A stretch of 50,601 nt of DNA from Gemmatimonadaceae bacterium (GCA_040902005.1 JBBDYA010000088.1:1-50601); one strand, 5' to 3'. Shown: positions 29,287-38,355, numbered from the stretch's first letter. A program made the numbers and translations. The notes: generated by a model from the sequence alone, not told the origin.

Positions 29287-29916
29287 TTACTCGCTGCCGT
29301 CACTGCTGGAGCCGCGACCGGAGGCCAGGATGTAGCCTGAGAAGTGCCCGACCGGGAACGTGGCGGTCTTCGTCAGGAGGTTGACGCTGGCCGAGATGAC
29401 TTCCGTGACCGTGGCAAGCCCCGACTCCGTCAGCTCGAGGTCATCCGTGGCGAAGTACGCGCCGCTCAGCACGGGAAGCGACAACAGCCCGCCGGCCGTC
29501 GTGCCGCTCAGCTTCTGCGTCAGCGAAATATTCTTGCTGAACACGAGGCCATGCGGTTCGAACCGGTACGCGACTGGCGCACCGGCGAGCGCCGTCACCG
29601 TGATGGTCGTGGGCGCCGAAACCGCGCCGGCGGGAACGGAAATCGACAGCCCCACGGCGGAATTGCTTGACGACCCGCCGCCCGTGCCGACCGTGAAGGA
29701 CCAGGACACATCGCTCGCGAGCGGCGTCGTGCGATTGACGGGTGGTATCAGGATCGACGTCACCGTGCTGATCGTGTTGCCCAGCAATCCGCCAAGCAGC
29801 GATTGGCGCTCGGCAGGTGCCTGACGTGGCGGGCCAGTGACGGCCGCTTCAGTACACCCTGCCACCACCAGCGACGCTGCTGAAAGTGCCGTGAGTAACC
29901 TGCCGCGCGTTCCCAT
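29287..29916 (-). CDS. Lipoprotein with ZU5-like beta domain and C-terminal HFS motif
   Basis: GGAG RBS before ATG 29916; lipobox VVAGC; GGG...GLSISVPAGAVSAPTTITV...FEPHGLVFSK pattern typical of ZU5; ends GHFSGYILASGRGSSSDGSE. Confidence 0.8.
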   Translation of the reverse strand: MGTRGRLLTALSAASLVVAGCTEAAVTGPPRQAPAERQSLLGGLLGNTISTVTSILIPPVNRTTPLASDVSWSFTVGTGGGSSSNSAVGLSISVPAGAVSAPTTITVTALAGAPVAYRFEPHGLVFSKNISLTQKLSGTTAGGLLSLPVLSGAYFATDDLELTESGLATVTEVISASVNLLTKTATFPVGHFSGYILASGRGSSSDGSE

Positions 29917-29955
29917 TGTCGAACTCCGGTTGGACGTTTCTATGGCGTCCTCCAT

Positions 29956-29972
29956 AGCAACGTCCGGTCCAA
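29956..29972 (-). promoter_or_regulatory. Sigma-54 (-24/-12) promoter of the lipoprotein-TPR-bEBP-HD-GYP operon
   Basis: TTGG-ACCGGACGTT-GCT on the minus strand (GG-N10-GC, TTGCT), 40 bp upstream of ATG 29916. Confidence 0.7.
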
Positions 29973-30107
29973 ACAGTTAAGTGCTTTTGCTGCAAGTGGT
30001 TAAGCCAGCAAACACTCTGTGACGCTCAGCACAACTGTATCATATCGTGTCAACGTGCGTAGCTGGACTATAACACCACGATACAGAATCACTGTCCTGT
30101 CAGCAAC

Positions 30108-30132
30108 AAAACGGCCCCGCGTGGCGGGGCCG
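30108..30132 (-). terminator. Intrinsic terminator after the ABC permease gene
   Basis: CGGCCCCGC-N3-GCGGGGCCG then TTTTGTT on the minus strand. Confidence 0.75.
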
Positions 30133-30170
30133 CTGATGGTGCGAAGGGCACTCCCTGGAGCTCCTCGAAC

Positions 30171-31391
30171 CTATTCGTACCGCAACGCGGTGATCGGATC
30201 GAGGATGGCCGCGCGACGGGCTGGCCACACGCCAAAGATGACGCCCACGGCGGCCGAGAATGCGAAGGCGAGGGCGATGGCGGCCGGATCGACCTGCACG
30301 TTCCACTGGAATGCCCGGCTCATGGCCGCGGCGCCGCCACTGCCGGCGACGATGCCCACGATGCCGCCAAGACAGCACAGCACCACGGCCTCGATCAGGA
30401 ACTGCCAGAGGATGTTCGCGCGCGTCGCACCGAGCGCCTTGCGAATGCCGATCTCGCGGGTGCGTTCCGTGACGGACACCAGCATGATGTTCATGATGCC
30501 GATTCCGCCCACCAGCAGGCTCACCGCGGCGATGCCGGACAGCAGATACGTGAACACCTGCGTCGTCTCACCGAGCGTGTTCAGGAAATCCGCCTGGCTC
30601 CGCATCTGGAAATCGTCCGGACGATCCTGGCGGAGGCGGTGCTCGCGGCGAAGCACCTTCTGGATGCCCGCCATCGCCTCCGGGATTCTCTCCTCAGACA
30701 CGGCGAGCACGCTGATGGAGCGAAGCCGGTTCGTGCCGAAAACGCGAAATCGACCAGTGTTGATCGGAATCAGGATCTGTTCGTCTGGGTTGCCGAAGGG
30801 TGACGCCTGCCCCTTGGACTCGAGCACGCCGACCACGGCGAACTGGATGCCGCGAATGCGGATGTTCTCGCCAAGCAGCGCGTCGGGTGTCGACAGGCCC
30901 ATGTTCGTCGCGACTGCCGGACCGACGACCGCGACCCGCTGATTGCCCTCATCCTCCATTCGCGTGAACATCCGCCCCGCCATCAGCTTGTATTTGCGTA
31001 CTTCGAGGTAGTTGGAGGAGGTACCGACCACCGACGCGCTCGCGTTCCTGTTGGAGAACGTGATCTGGAGGTTGCGGCTGATCTCCGGCTGCACGGCGAG
31101 AATGCCTTCGCCGCGCTCCTCCAGCGCCTTCGCGTCCTCCATGATCAGCCGGGCGTTCTGATCCATGACCACGACGCCCATGCCGCGCTGCTGCCCCGGC
31201 GTGACCGTCAGCAGCGTGGTTCCCAGGGACGCGATGCGGTCCTTGACCGCGGTCTGCGCACCGGTGCCGAGCGCGACCATCGCGATGACGGCCGCGACGC
31301 CGATGACGATGCCGAGCATCGTGAGCATCGAGCGCAGCTTGTTGGCCCGCAGTGCCGCCAGCGCGACGGCGACGGTCTCTCCGAACAGCAT
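30171..31391 (-). CDS. MacB/FtsX-like ABC transporter permease
   Basis: RSMLTMLGIVIGV, SLLVGGIGIMNIMLVSVTERTREIGIRKALGA, PARRAA.LDPI.ALRYE. Confidence 0.95.
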   Translation of the reverse strand: MLFGETVAVALAALRANKLRSMLTMLGIVIGVAAVIAMVALGTGAQTAVKDRIASLGTTLLTVTPGQQRGMGVVVMDQNARLIMEDAKALEERGEGILAVQPEISRNLQITFSNRNASASVVGTSSNYLEVRKYKLMAGRMFTRMEDEGNQRVAVVGPAVATNMGLSTPDALLGENIRIRGIQFAVVGVLESKGQASPFGNPDEQILIPINTGRFRVFGTNRLRSISVLAVSEERIPEAMAGIQKVLRREHRLRQDRPDDFQMRSQADFLNTLGETTQVFTYLLSGIAAVSLLVGGIGIMNIMLVSVTERTREIGIRKALGATRANILWQFLIEAVVLCCLGGIVGIVAGSGGAAAMSRAFQWNVQVDPAAIALAFAFSAAVGVIFGVWPARRAAILDPITALRYE

Positions 31392-31410
31392 GGGATCTAT
31401 TCCTGCCGGA

Positions 31411-33114
31411 TCAACGGCGGCCGCCGCCAGGCGTCGCGCCCTGGCTCATGCCCGGCACGCCGCCGCCCATGTTCTGGCGTATCCGGTCGGCACTCTGCTC
31501 GCGCAGGGCCTGGAGCGAGAGCGCAGCGAGCAGCGCGACCTCCTCGCCTTCCTGCAGTCCGCTCACGACCTCGGTATAGTCGAAATTGCCGGCCCCGAGC
31601 ATCACCATCCGCGGCTCAAAGGTGGTGCCCTTCACGACGAAGACAAGCGCTGCCCGCACGCGCTCGCCGCCGCCGCCGCGTTCGGTGTTGCCCAGCTGCA
31701 ACTCCGGCTGGCCGACCGTGGCGGGCGCCGTCTGGCGCTGCGCGCCGCCGGCGTTCGCCGGGGTGGCTGCAGGCGAACCGCCGCTGGGCGCTGCGTTGCC
31801 GGCCGGGCGCATCTCGCGCATCCGGCAGGCGTTCGCGATCCGGGCATCCACGCCGAGCGCGGCGTAGATCGTCTGCGATTCTTCGCGCATGGCGTTCCGA
31901 TCGGCGTCGGCGGCGCGCATGCGATCGCGCAGTGCGTCGAGCTTCTTCGCTTCGGCGGGCTTCTTCTTCAGTGCGGTTTGGACCGCCGTGCACTCCGCAT
32001 CGGTGACCTGGGGCGACTGGAACTGGCGCTGCTGCGTGGGGTCCAGCGCGACTTCGCCAGGCGATGAGGTGACGCGGCCCTGTTGCCTGGCGCCGGTGGG
32101 CTGGCCGCCCCGCATGCCTCCGCGGCCGGCGCCGGACTGCGCGCGCATCTGCGCTTGCACGCTGTCGGGATTGAGGCCGAGCAGCGGCGCCGTCGCCATC
32201 GCCTCACGCGTGTTCCGGATGGCGTCGTTCGGCACGGCCAGCACATTGAGGCGCTGGTCGATCTGCACCTGCACTTCGCCATTCATCCCCGGCTTGAGCG
32301 CGCCGTCGGCATTGCTGAGCGTGACGAGCACCGGGAACATCGTGACACCCTGGTTGACGACGGCCTGCGGTTCGATCTTCTCGACCACGCCGTTGAAGCG
32401 CCGGTCGGGGTAGGCATCCACGATCACGATCGCGGGCTGGCCGGAGCGCACCTGGCCGATGTCCGTCTCGTTGAACTGCGCGCGCATCCGCACACGCGTG
32501 AGATCGGCCATCTTGAGCAGCGTGGTGCCGCCGCTCACCCCACCCGTCGCGGACGTGATGACCATGCCTTCGGACACGGTCCGCTCGATGATGGTCCCGG
32601 CGACCGGCGCAGAGACGGTGGCGTCTTCCAGACGCTGCTTGGCCAGGTCCAGGTTGGCCTTGGCACGAATGAGCGCGGCCTGCGAGTTCGCGAAGTCCAG
32701 CGCCGCGGTTTCGTGCTCCTGCGCGGTGATGACGCGGGCGCCGAACATCTCGTCCGAGCGGCGCTTCTGCGCGATCGAGACCTCGAGCCGGGCCTGCGCC
32801 GCCTGTTCATCGGCCTCGGCCTGGTCGTACTGATTCCGCACGTCGCGCGTATCGATCTGCGCCAGCAGCTCCCCGGGTCGCACGAGCGAACCGGTTTCGA
32901 CGTTCATCCTCGTGATCATGCCGGAAGCCTTGGACTTGACCTCCACGATGTTGATGGGCTCGACGACACCACTCGCCTGGGCGTCCACGACGATGTCGCG
33001 CCGGACGACCGGCGCCGTCTGCACGGTGGCTGGACGGCTGTTGTTGCGGTTGCAGGCGGGCGCGATGGCGATGGCCGCGAGCGCGACGAGCGGGAACAGG
33101 CGGGGGAGTGTCAT
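31411..33114 (-). CDS. MacA-like periplasmic adaptor (membrane fusion protein), lipoprotein
   Basis: VEVKSKASG, APVAGTI, NETDIGQV, LKPGMN, VVSGLQEGE; long insertion in the C-terminal half. Confidence 0.92.
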   Translation of the reverse strand: MTLPRLFPLVALAAIAIAPACNRNNSRPATVQTAPVVRRDIVVDAQASGVVEPINIVEVKSKASGMITRMNVETGSLVRPGELLAQIDTRDVRNQYDQAEADEQAAQARLEVSIAQKRRSDEMFGARVITAQEHETAALDFANSQAALIRAKANLDLAKQRLEDATVSAPVAGTIIERTVSEGMVITSATGGVSGGTTLLKMADLTRVRMRAQFNETDIGQVRSGQPAIVIVDAYPDRRFNGVVEKIEPQAVVNQGVTMFPVLVTLSNADGALKPGMNGEVQVQIDQRLNVLAVPNDAIRNTREAMATAPLLGLNPDSVQAQMRAQSGAGRGGMRGGQPTGARQQGRVTSSPGEVALDPTQQRQFQSPQVTDAECTAVQTALKKKPAEAKKLDALRDRMRAADADRNAMREESQTIYAALGVDARIANACRMREMRPAGNAAPSGGSPAATPANAGGAQRQTAPATVGQPELQLGNTERGGGGERVRAALVFVVKGTTFEPRMVMLGAGNFDYTEVVSGLQEGEEVALLAALSLQALREQSADRIRQNMGGGVPGMSQGATPGGGRR

Positions 33115-34440
33115 TTACAAGTCTCGTCCGATGGTCGCTTCGATCTGCGCGCGCGCGATGCGATAGTCCTGCCGGGCCTGAATCAGCGCGGCACGGGCCT
33201 GGTTGAGCTGCGATTGCGAGGTGAGAAGATCCAGGAGCGTGGACGCCCCCAGCGCGTACCGCTGTTGCTGCACGCGAAGATCCTCATCTGCGGCGAGCAC
33301 CGACGCCTGCTGGATGCGGATGCGCTCCTCGGCGGTGCGCAGCGCGCCGAACTGCTGCACCATGCTCTGCTGGGCGGCAAGCTGCGCGTCACGCATCCGC
33401 GCGGCCGCGTTGTCGTGCGCCACTCGCGCACGCAGGACCTGGTCTTCCCGGCCAAAATTGTTGAACAGGGGAAAATTCAGGCTGAAATTGAGACCGGAGC
33501 CGTAGAGGAACCGTTGCGCCGTGTCGCTGCTGAAGCCGTACGGGTTGGTTCCACTGCCGCTATAGCTGTACGACATGCGGATCACGGGCAGATAGGATGA
33601 TTTGGACGATTTCTCCGCGGCGCGGGCGGCCCGCAACTGCAATTCCGCCTCGCGGACGAGCGGGCCCTGCATGGCCATGGTCGCGAGCGAGGCGCTGTCG
33701 ACACTGGCCATGCGAAGGTCGAGCGTATCCACGGGATCGGCCGTGACGAGAAACGGCGTTCCCACGAGGCGCGTGAGCGATGCGCTGCCGACCCGGACGT
33801 TGTTCTGCGCCGTCAGCAGCGCGAGGCGGGCGTTGCCCACCTGGATCAGTGAGCGCAGCGAATCGGACATGGTCGCGGCGCCGGCCTGCACGCGCGCCAC
33901 CGCCGAGGCAAGCTGGGCCTCCGCCTGCTCCAACTGGGCGCGCGCCGCCGACTCCGACTCCCGGGCGGCAAGGATGTTGGCATACTCGCGCTTGACCTGC
34001 AGCGCGATGCCGTAGCGCTGCGTGATCTCGTTCGCTTCCGCCGCATCCACATCAGCGCGCCGCGCGTGCAGATCGGAGAATCGGCGGCCACCGTCAAACA
34101 GCTCGATGCTGCTGCTGAGGCCCGCGGAATAGCTGGACGGGTTTGTGACCGTCACCACCTGGTTGCGCAGCGCGTCGAACCGCTGGCCGCTCTGCGTGTT
34201 GCGGCCCATGCTGAAGCTGAGATTCGGCAGGAATGCGCCGTAGGCGGACCGGGCCGCGGAGGCCGAGGTGCGGAGCTGGCCCCGCGCCTGGACCGCCGCC
34301 GGGTTGTTCCGTTGGGCGAGCGAAACGGCCTCGTCCAGCGAGATGTGCCGCAGCGAATCGCCGGGAGACGCGGCGTCCTGCGCCTGCGCGCCCGCGAGCG
34401 GGGAGAGAAGGGCGGCGAACAGAAGAACCTGGTTCAACAT
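33115..34440 (-). CDS. TolC-family outer membrane efflux protein
   Basis: Signal peptide, ISLDEAVSLA..NNP, two OEP repeats, RYALGASTLLDLL. Confidence 0.92.
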   Translation of the reverse strand: MLNQVLLFAALLSPLAGAQAQDAASPGDSLRHISLDEAVSLAQRNNPAAVQARGQLRTSASAARSAYGAFLPNLSFSMGRNTQSGQRFDALRNQVVTVTNPSSYSAGLSSSIELFDGGRRFSDLHARRADVDAAEANEITQRYGIALQVKREYANILAARESESAARAQLEQAEAQLASAVARVQAGAATMSDSLRSLIQVGNARLALLTAQNNVRVGSASLTRLVGTPFLVTADPVDTLDLRMASVDSASLATMAMQGPLVREAELQLRAARAAEKSSKSSYLPVIRMSYSYSGSGTNPYGFSSDTAQRFLYGSGLNFSLNFPLFNNFGREDQVLRARVAHDNAAARMRDAQLAAQQSMVQQFGALRTAEERIRIQQASVLAADEDLRVQQQRYALGASTLLDLLTSQSQLNQARAALIQARQDYRIARAQIEATIGRDL

Positions 34441-34443
34441 CGG

Positions 34444-34824
34444 TTACTTGCACTCCCTGAGGGGTCTGGTGGCGGCGCGAACGCTGTCACGACGAGCCGA
34501 CTCCTGCACACGGAGTTCCAGCTTGAGGCGCTGCTCCGGGGTCAGCACCGCCAACACCTGCTCGTGCGCCGCTTTCTTGATGGAGTCGAGCTGCGGGCGG
34601 ACGGGCTTCATCGCGGCGCTGACCTGGCAATTCCGCTCGTCCAGCACGGAATCCATCGTGGAGCGCTGAGCCTGGCTGAGCGCGAGGTCGTCGTACATGC
34701 GCATGCGTGGTGCCCAGTTCTTCGGCTGATCGCTCAGGACGTGATCGGCCGAAAATCCGAGGAGTCCGCCGATGAGAACGGCTCCAACGAGGAACATCAA
34801 CGCCTGCTGTTTCGAACGCTGCAT
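34444..34824 (-). CDS. Membrane-anchored periplasmic helical protein (Spy/CpxP/heavy-metal-sensor-like)
   Basis: N-terminal TM, LALSQAQ and VLTPEQ (LTxxQ-like) motifs. Confidence 0.65.
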   Translation of the reverse strand: MQRSKQQALMFLVGAVLIGGLLGFSADHVLSDQPKNWAPRMRMYDDLALSQAQRSTMDSVLDERNCQVSAAMKPVRPQLDSIKKAAHEQVLAVLTPEQRLKLELRVQESARRDSVRAATRPLRECK

Positions 34825-34836
34825 GGTCTCGAATCC

Positions 34837-35214
34837 TTAACGGGAAGTCATCAGATAGCGGAACGTGGCCTCGCGCTGCCCCTGGAGCATCGGGCGCACG
34901 GCTGTTTCGATCGGAAGCGTGGTTGGTGTCAGCATGGCTTCGTACGCCACGTCGTGCTCCATCTGCCGCGCGCGGAAGAGCGCGATGCCGACGGCCATCA
35001 GGGCGACTGCCGCGGCGAGAAGGGCCGGCCGCATCCAGCGGTCCAGCTCGTCCCACCAGACGGTCGTGCCCGCGCTCTCCGTGAGTCGCGAAAGAATCCG
35101 CGCCTCGAGGCCGCGCCAATACGCACCGTCCGCGGGCGGGGCATACAGCTCCCGCAGTCCGCGGGCGGTCTCATCGTCGCCACCATCGCTGTGCAGCTTC
35201 AGGTAGTCATTCAT
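34837..35214 (-). CDS. Probable anti-sigma factor (single TM)
   Basis: ATGA-coupled to the ECF sigma; YWRGLEARI cytoplasmic part followed by a TM helix. Confidence 0.65.
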   Translation of the reverse strand: MNDYLKLHSDGGDDETARGLRELYAPPADGAYWRGLEARILSRLTESAGTTVWWDELDRWMRPALLAAAVALMAVGIALFRARQMEHDVAYEAMLTPTTLPIETAVRPMLQGQREATFRYLMTSR

Positions 35215-35807
35215 GAATCGCTCCGTACGTCCTTCAGCAGGCGCCGCAGCGCGGCGCGTGCATGGTGCAGGTCCGACCGGGCCGTTCCCTCGGGAATTCC
35301 GAGCGTGCCGCCGATCTCGCCGTGCGTGAATCCTTCAACGTCGTGCATCACGATCACCGCGCGCTGCCGCTCCGTCAGATGCGTCAGCGCGCCAGACAGC
35401 CTCCGGCGCAGCTCGTCGGCTTCGCCCGGGTCCCGAAAGGGCATGGCCACGTTGTCCGGCAGCTCATCCGCGTCGCGCACCTTGCGCCGCCGGACCAGGT
35501 CCAGCGCGGCGTTGGCCACGATGCGATTGAGCCAGGCGCCGAAGGGCTGGTCAGAATGGAACCGGTCCAACGCGCGGAACGCGTGGAGGAATCCGTCCTG
35601 AACGGCATCTTCGGCATCTTCATGGGAGAGCACGATCGCCCGCGCCACCGCGTAGGCCCGCCGCTGGTGCAGGCGCACCAGCTCGGCAAACGCGGAATGG
35701 CTCCCCTTCTGGGCAGCGATCACGTAGTCGCGTTCCGTCAGCGCCTTCGCCGGCTCACCCTGCATTGGCGGCGAAAGTAGCGGTCGAATCGCAACGGCTG
35801 CGGTCAT
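35211..35807 (-). CDS. ECF-type RNA polymerase sigma factor
   Basis: AFAELV, DAEDAVQDGF, FGAWLNRI, region 4 LTERQRAV...EIGGTLGIPEGTARSDLHHAR. Confidence 0.95.
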   Translation of the reverse strand: MTAAVAIRPLLSPPMQGEPAKALTERDYVIAAQKGSHSAFAELVRLHQRRAYAVARAIVLSHEDAEDAVQDGFLHAFRALDRFHSDQPFGAWLNRIVANAALDLVRRRKVRDADELPDNVAMPFRDPGEADELRRRLSGALTHLTERQRAVIVMHDVEGFTHGEIGGTLGIPEGTARSDLHHARAALRRLLKDVRSDS

Positions 35808-35836
35808 GCTCTCCCGTGAAGAATGTCCTGTGAGAG

Positions 35837-35864
35837 ATACGCGCCGACGGGGCCGGCCGTTGGA
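35837..35864 (-). promoter_or_regulatory. Candidate ECF auto-promoter (AAC-N17-CGT)
   Basis: TCCAAC-GGCCGGCCCCGTCGGCG-CGTAT on the minus strand, about 30 bp upstream of the ECF ATG. Confidence 0.55.
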
Positions 35865-35876
35865 CCCCGCGCGCTC

Positions 35877-36479
35877 TCATCCGGGCGCCGGCTGGCCCTG
35901 CAACCCCAGGGCGTCGGCGACGCCGCGCATGGCGAGCACCACGAAGTCGATGTGCGCGTCGAGCTCGACCCCCAGCTCGCGGGCGCCGAGCAGCACATCC
36001 TCCCGATTGACGCCGCGAGCGAATGCCTTGTCCTTCATCTTCTTTCGGACGGCTCGCGCGTCCACTTCGTTAACGCTGCGGGAAGGGCGAACCAGCGCCG
36101 TCGCGGTCACGAGTCCGCACAGCTCGTCCACGGCGAACAGGGCCTTCGCCATGGTGGTCTCGCGGGGCACACCGCTGTACGTGGCGTGGCCAAGGATCGT
36201 CTGGAGGATGTCCTCCGGCCAGCCACGCGCGCGGAGCACGCGAACCCCCTCGGCGGGGTGGCCCTCCTGTGGCGAATGATCGGCGTTCGGAAAGCGCTCG
36301 TAGTCGAAATCGTGCATGAGCCCTGCCAGTCCCCAGCGCTCGGGGTCCTCGCCGAACTTCGCGGCATAGGCGCGCATCGCGGCTTCCACCGCGAGCATGT
36401 GTTTCCGCAGCGAGTCGCTCGCGGTGAACTCGTGCTGGAGGGCGAGGGCCTCCTCGCGGAACGGCAGGGGGGTAGGCAT
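35877..36479 (-). CDS. HD-domain metal-dependent phosphohydrolase
   Basis: LRKHMLAVEAAM, GLMHDFDYE, H..EG, LFAVDEL, MKDKAFARGVNRE. Confidence 0.9.
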   Translation of the reverse strand: MPTPLPFREEALALQHEFTASDSLRKHMLAVEAAMRAYAAKFGEDPERWGLAGLMHDFDYERFPNADHSPQEGHPAEGVRVLRARGWPEDILQTILGHATYSGVPRETTMAKALFAVDELCGLVTATALVRPSRSVNEVDARAVRKKMKDKAFARGVNREDVLLGARELGVELDAHIDFVVLAMRGVADALGLQGQPAPG

Positions 36480-36511
36480 CCCTCGAATATCGCCGGGCTG
36501 CCGGCCCGTGC

Positions 36512-36664
36512 TCAGTGCTGCGCGGCCGATGCGGCGGCGGCGTGTCCCTCGAACTTCCTGTTGGTCAGCAGCACGATCGTGTAACAGACGACGAGCAGGA
36601 ACACGGCGCCGAAGATCAGTCCCATGAATGCGGCACGCGCATCGGCTTTATGGTCGGTGGCCAC
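36512..36664 (-). CDS. Small single-TM membrane protein (50 aa)
   Basis: GTG start; AAFMGLIFGAVFLLVVCYTIVLLTN hydrophobic helix; co-oriented within the gene run. Confidence 0.6.
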   Translation of the reverse strand: MATDHKADARAAFMGLIFGAVFLLVVCYTIVLLTNRKFEGHAAAASAAQH

Positions 36665-36712
36665 TGGAAGCGGGGAAAAGGGAAAGCGGCGAAGGGGGGG
36701 GGAACGGCGCAC

Positions 36713-37177
36713 CTATCCGGAGACCTTTACGGAATTCATCACATCACTCTGCTTGATCTGCTTCATGGCATCCAGGCCCTTCACGATCTTGCCGAACACG
36801 GTGTGGACGCCGTTGAGATGGCGCGTATTCGCCTCGCTCAACACCATGAAGAACTGGCTGCCGCCCGAATCCTTCCCCGCATGGGCCATCGACAGGGCGC
36901 CGACTTCATGCTTGCGCGGATTGCCCGCTGTCTCGCACTTGATCTGATACCCGGGTCCGCCCGTGCCCACCCGCCGATCGCCATCGGGGAGATCGCGTGA
37001 GAGGGGATCGCCCCCCTGCACGACGAAGTCCTCGATGACGCGGTGAAACTTCACGCCGTCGTAGAAGCCGGCATTGGCGAGCTTCTCGAAATTCGCGACC
37101 GTTCCCGGCGCATCCTTGTCGTACAGTTCCGCGACGATGGTGCCGCGATTCGTTTCAAACGTAGCGGTTTTTGGCAT
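36713..37177 (-). CDS. Cyclophilin-type peptidyl-prolyl isomerase
   Basis: [44 protein letters not shown]. Confidence 0.96.
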   Translation of the reverse strand: MPKTATFETNRGTIVAELYDKDAPGTVANFEKLANAGFYDGVKFHRVIEDFVVQGGDPLSRDLPDGDRRVGTGGPGYQIKCETAGNPRKHEVGALSMAHAGKDSGGSQFFMVLSEANTRHLNGVHTVFGKIVKGLDAMKQIKQSDVMNSVKVSG

Positions 37178-37186
37178 GGCGGGAAT

Positions 37187-37648
37187 CTAGCCCCTGGCCT
37201 GAGACGTGGCGGAGAACTTCCACACGCGGGGCACCTTGCATCCCGAAAGCCGCGCCGCCCGGAATCGCCAGCTCGGAATCGACGACTTGAGGTTCGCCGC
37301 GAGCCAGGGGTGCGAGCTCTCCACCACCGTGAACGTCTTCATGACCGGCCGGCCGAGCGTGTCCACCAGCACTTCGACCTTCACGGCGGAGCCCTCCGCG
37401 TCGATCTTCTGCTTCACCGCCCAGGGCATGCGGGCGAATGGGGGAGGCCGCTGCGTGACCGGCCGGGGCAGACTGTCCACGTCAAGGTCCGGTTCCGCCA
37501 CGGCGCGCCGCACCGCCTCCGCGCAATCCCCCTGCGCGACGGGAGATTGCGACTCCATGGGACGGACACCGACGACCTGCTCCGACCGCGGCGGCGAGCA
37601 CGCGACGGCGGTGACCAGCGCGATCGCGATCAGCAATACGGATTTCAC
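37187..37648 (-). CDS. Lipoprotein with TonB C-terminal-like domain
   Basis: Lipobox AVAC; VKVEVLVDTLGR...WRFRAARLSGCKV resembles TonB_C; GTG overlaps the nth stop. Confidence 0.6.
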   Translation of the reverse strand: MKSVLLIAIALVTAVACSPPRSEQVVGVRPMESQSPVAQGDCAEAVRRAVAEPDLDVDSLPRPVTQRPPPFARMPWAVKQKIDAEGSAVKVEVLVDTLGRPVMKTFTVVESSHPWLAANLKSSIPSWRFRAARLSGCKVPRVWKFSATSQARG

Positions 37649-38355
37649 GTCGATACTCGGGAGGAAGGGCAGATGTCGTTGACGACGCACTTCGCGCACA
37701 ATGGACGACGGGCATCGCAGATCGCCCGGCCGTGCGAAATGAGCAGATGCGCGAGCATTGTCCAGTGTGTCCGCGGAAAGAGCGCCATCAGGTCCTGCTC
37801 GATCTTGACGGGGTCGTCGTTCCGACTCAAGGCCAATCGCTGGCTGAGCCGCGACACATGGGTGTCCACCACGACGCCTTCGTCACGACCGAATGCATTC
37901 CCAAGGACGACGTTGGCCGTCTTCCGTCCCACGCCCGGCAGCGCAACCAGCGCATCCATGGAGTCGGGCACGGCGCCGCCATGGCGTTCCGTGACCGCGC
38001 GCGACATGCCCAGCAGATTCTTCGTTTTGGTGCGGAAGAATCCGGTGCTCCTGATCACCGCCTCCAGTTCGTCGGTGTCGGCGATGGACAGGGCCGCCGC
38101 GTCGGGATACTTCGCGAACAGCGCGGGCGTCACCATGTTGACGCGCTTGTCCGTGCATTGCGCGCTGAGAATTGTGGCGACCAGCAGCTCGTACGGATTC
38201 CGGTGGTCCAGAGCGCAGGTTGCGTCGGGGTATTCGCGCGCGAGTCGGCGGTAGATCTCGGGGGCGCGCTCGGCGGGAGGCGCCGCGCGGCGCCCGCGAC
38301 GCGCCGTTGCCGCCGGCCGGCGCGACCGCTTCGCGGCCTTGACCCGCTTTTTCAC
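37645..38355 (-). CDS. nth: Endonuclease III
   Basis: LLVATILSAQCTD, LPGVGRKTANVVL, VDTHV, [4Fe-4S] motif C-X6-C-X2-C-X5-C. Confidence 0.96.
   Translation of the reverse strand: MKKRVKAAKRSRRPAATARRGRRAAPPAERAPEIYRRLAREYPDATCALDHRNPYELLVATILSAQCTDKRVNMVTPALFAKYPDAAALSIADTDELEAVIRSTGFFRTKTKNLLGMSRAVTERHGGAVPDSMDALVALPGVGRKTANVVLGNAFGRDEGVVVDTHVSRLSQRLALSRNDDPVKIEQDLMALFPRTHWTMLAHLLISHGRAICDARRPLCAKCVVNDICPSSRVST

Noticed and set aside
29917..29955. ATG 29955 as start of the ZU5 lipoprotein
   Set aside because: It abuts the -12 element and lies upstream of the predicted transcription start; ATG 29916 has a GGAG RBS and gives a normal signal peptide
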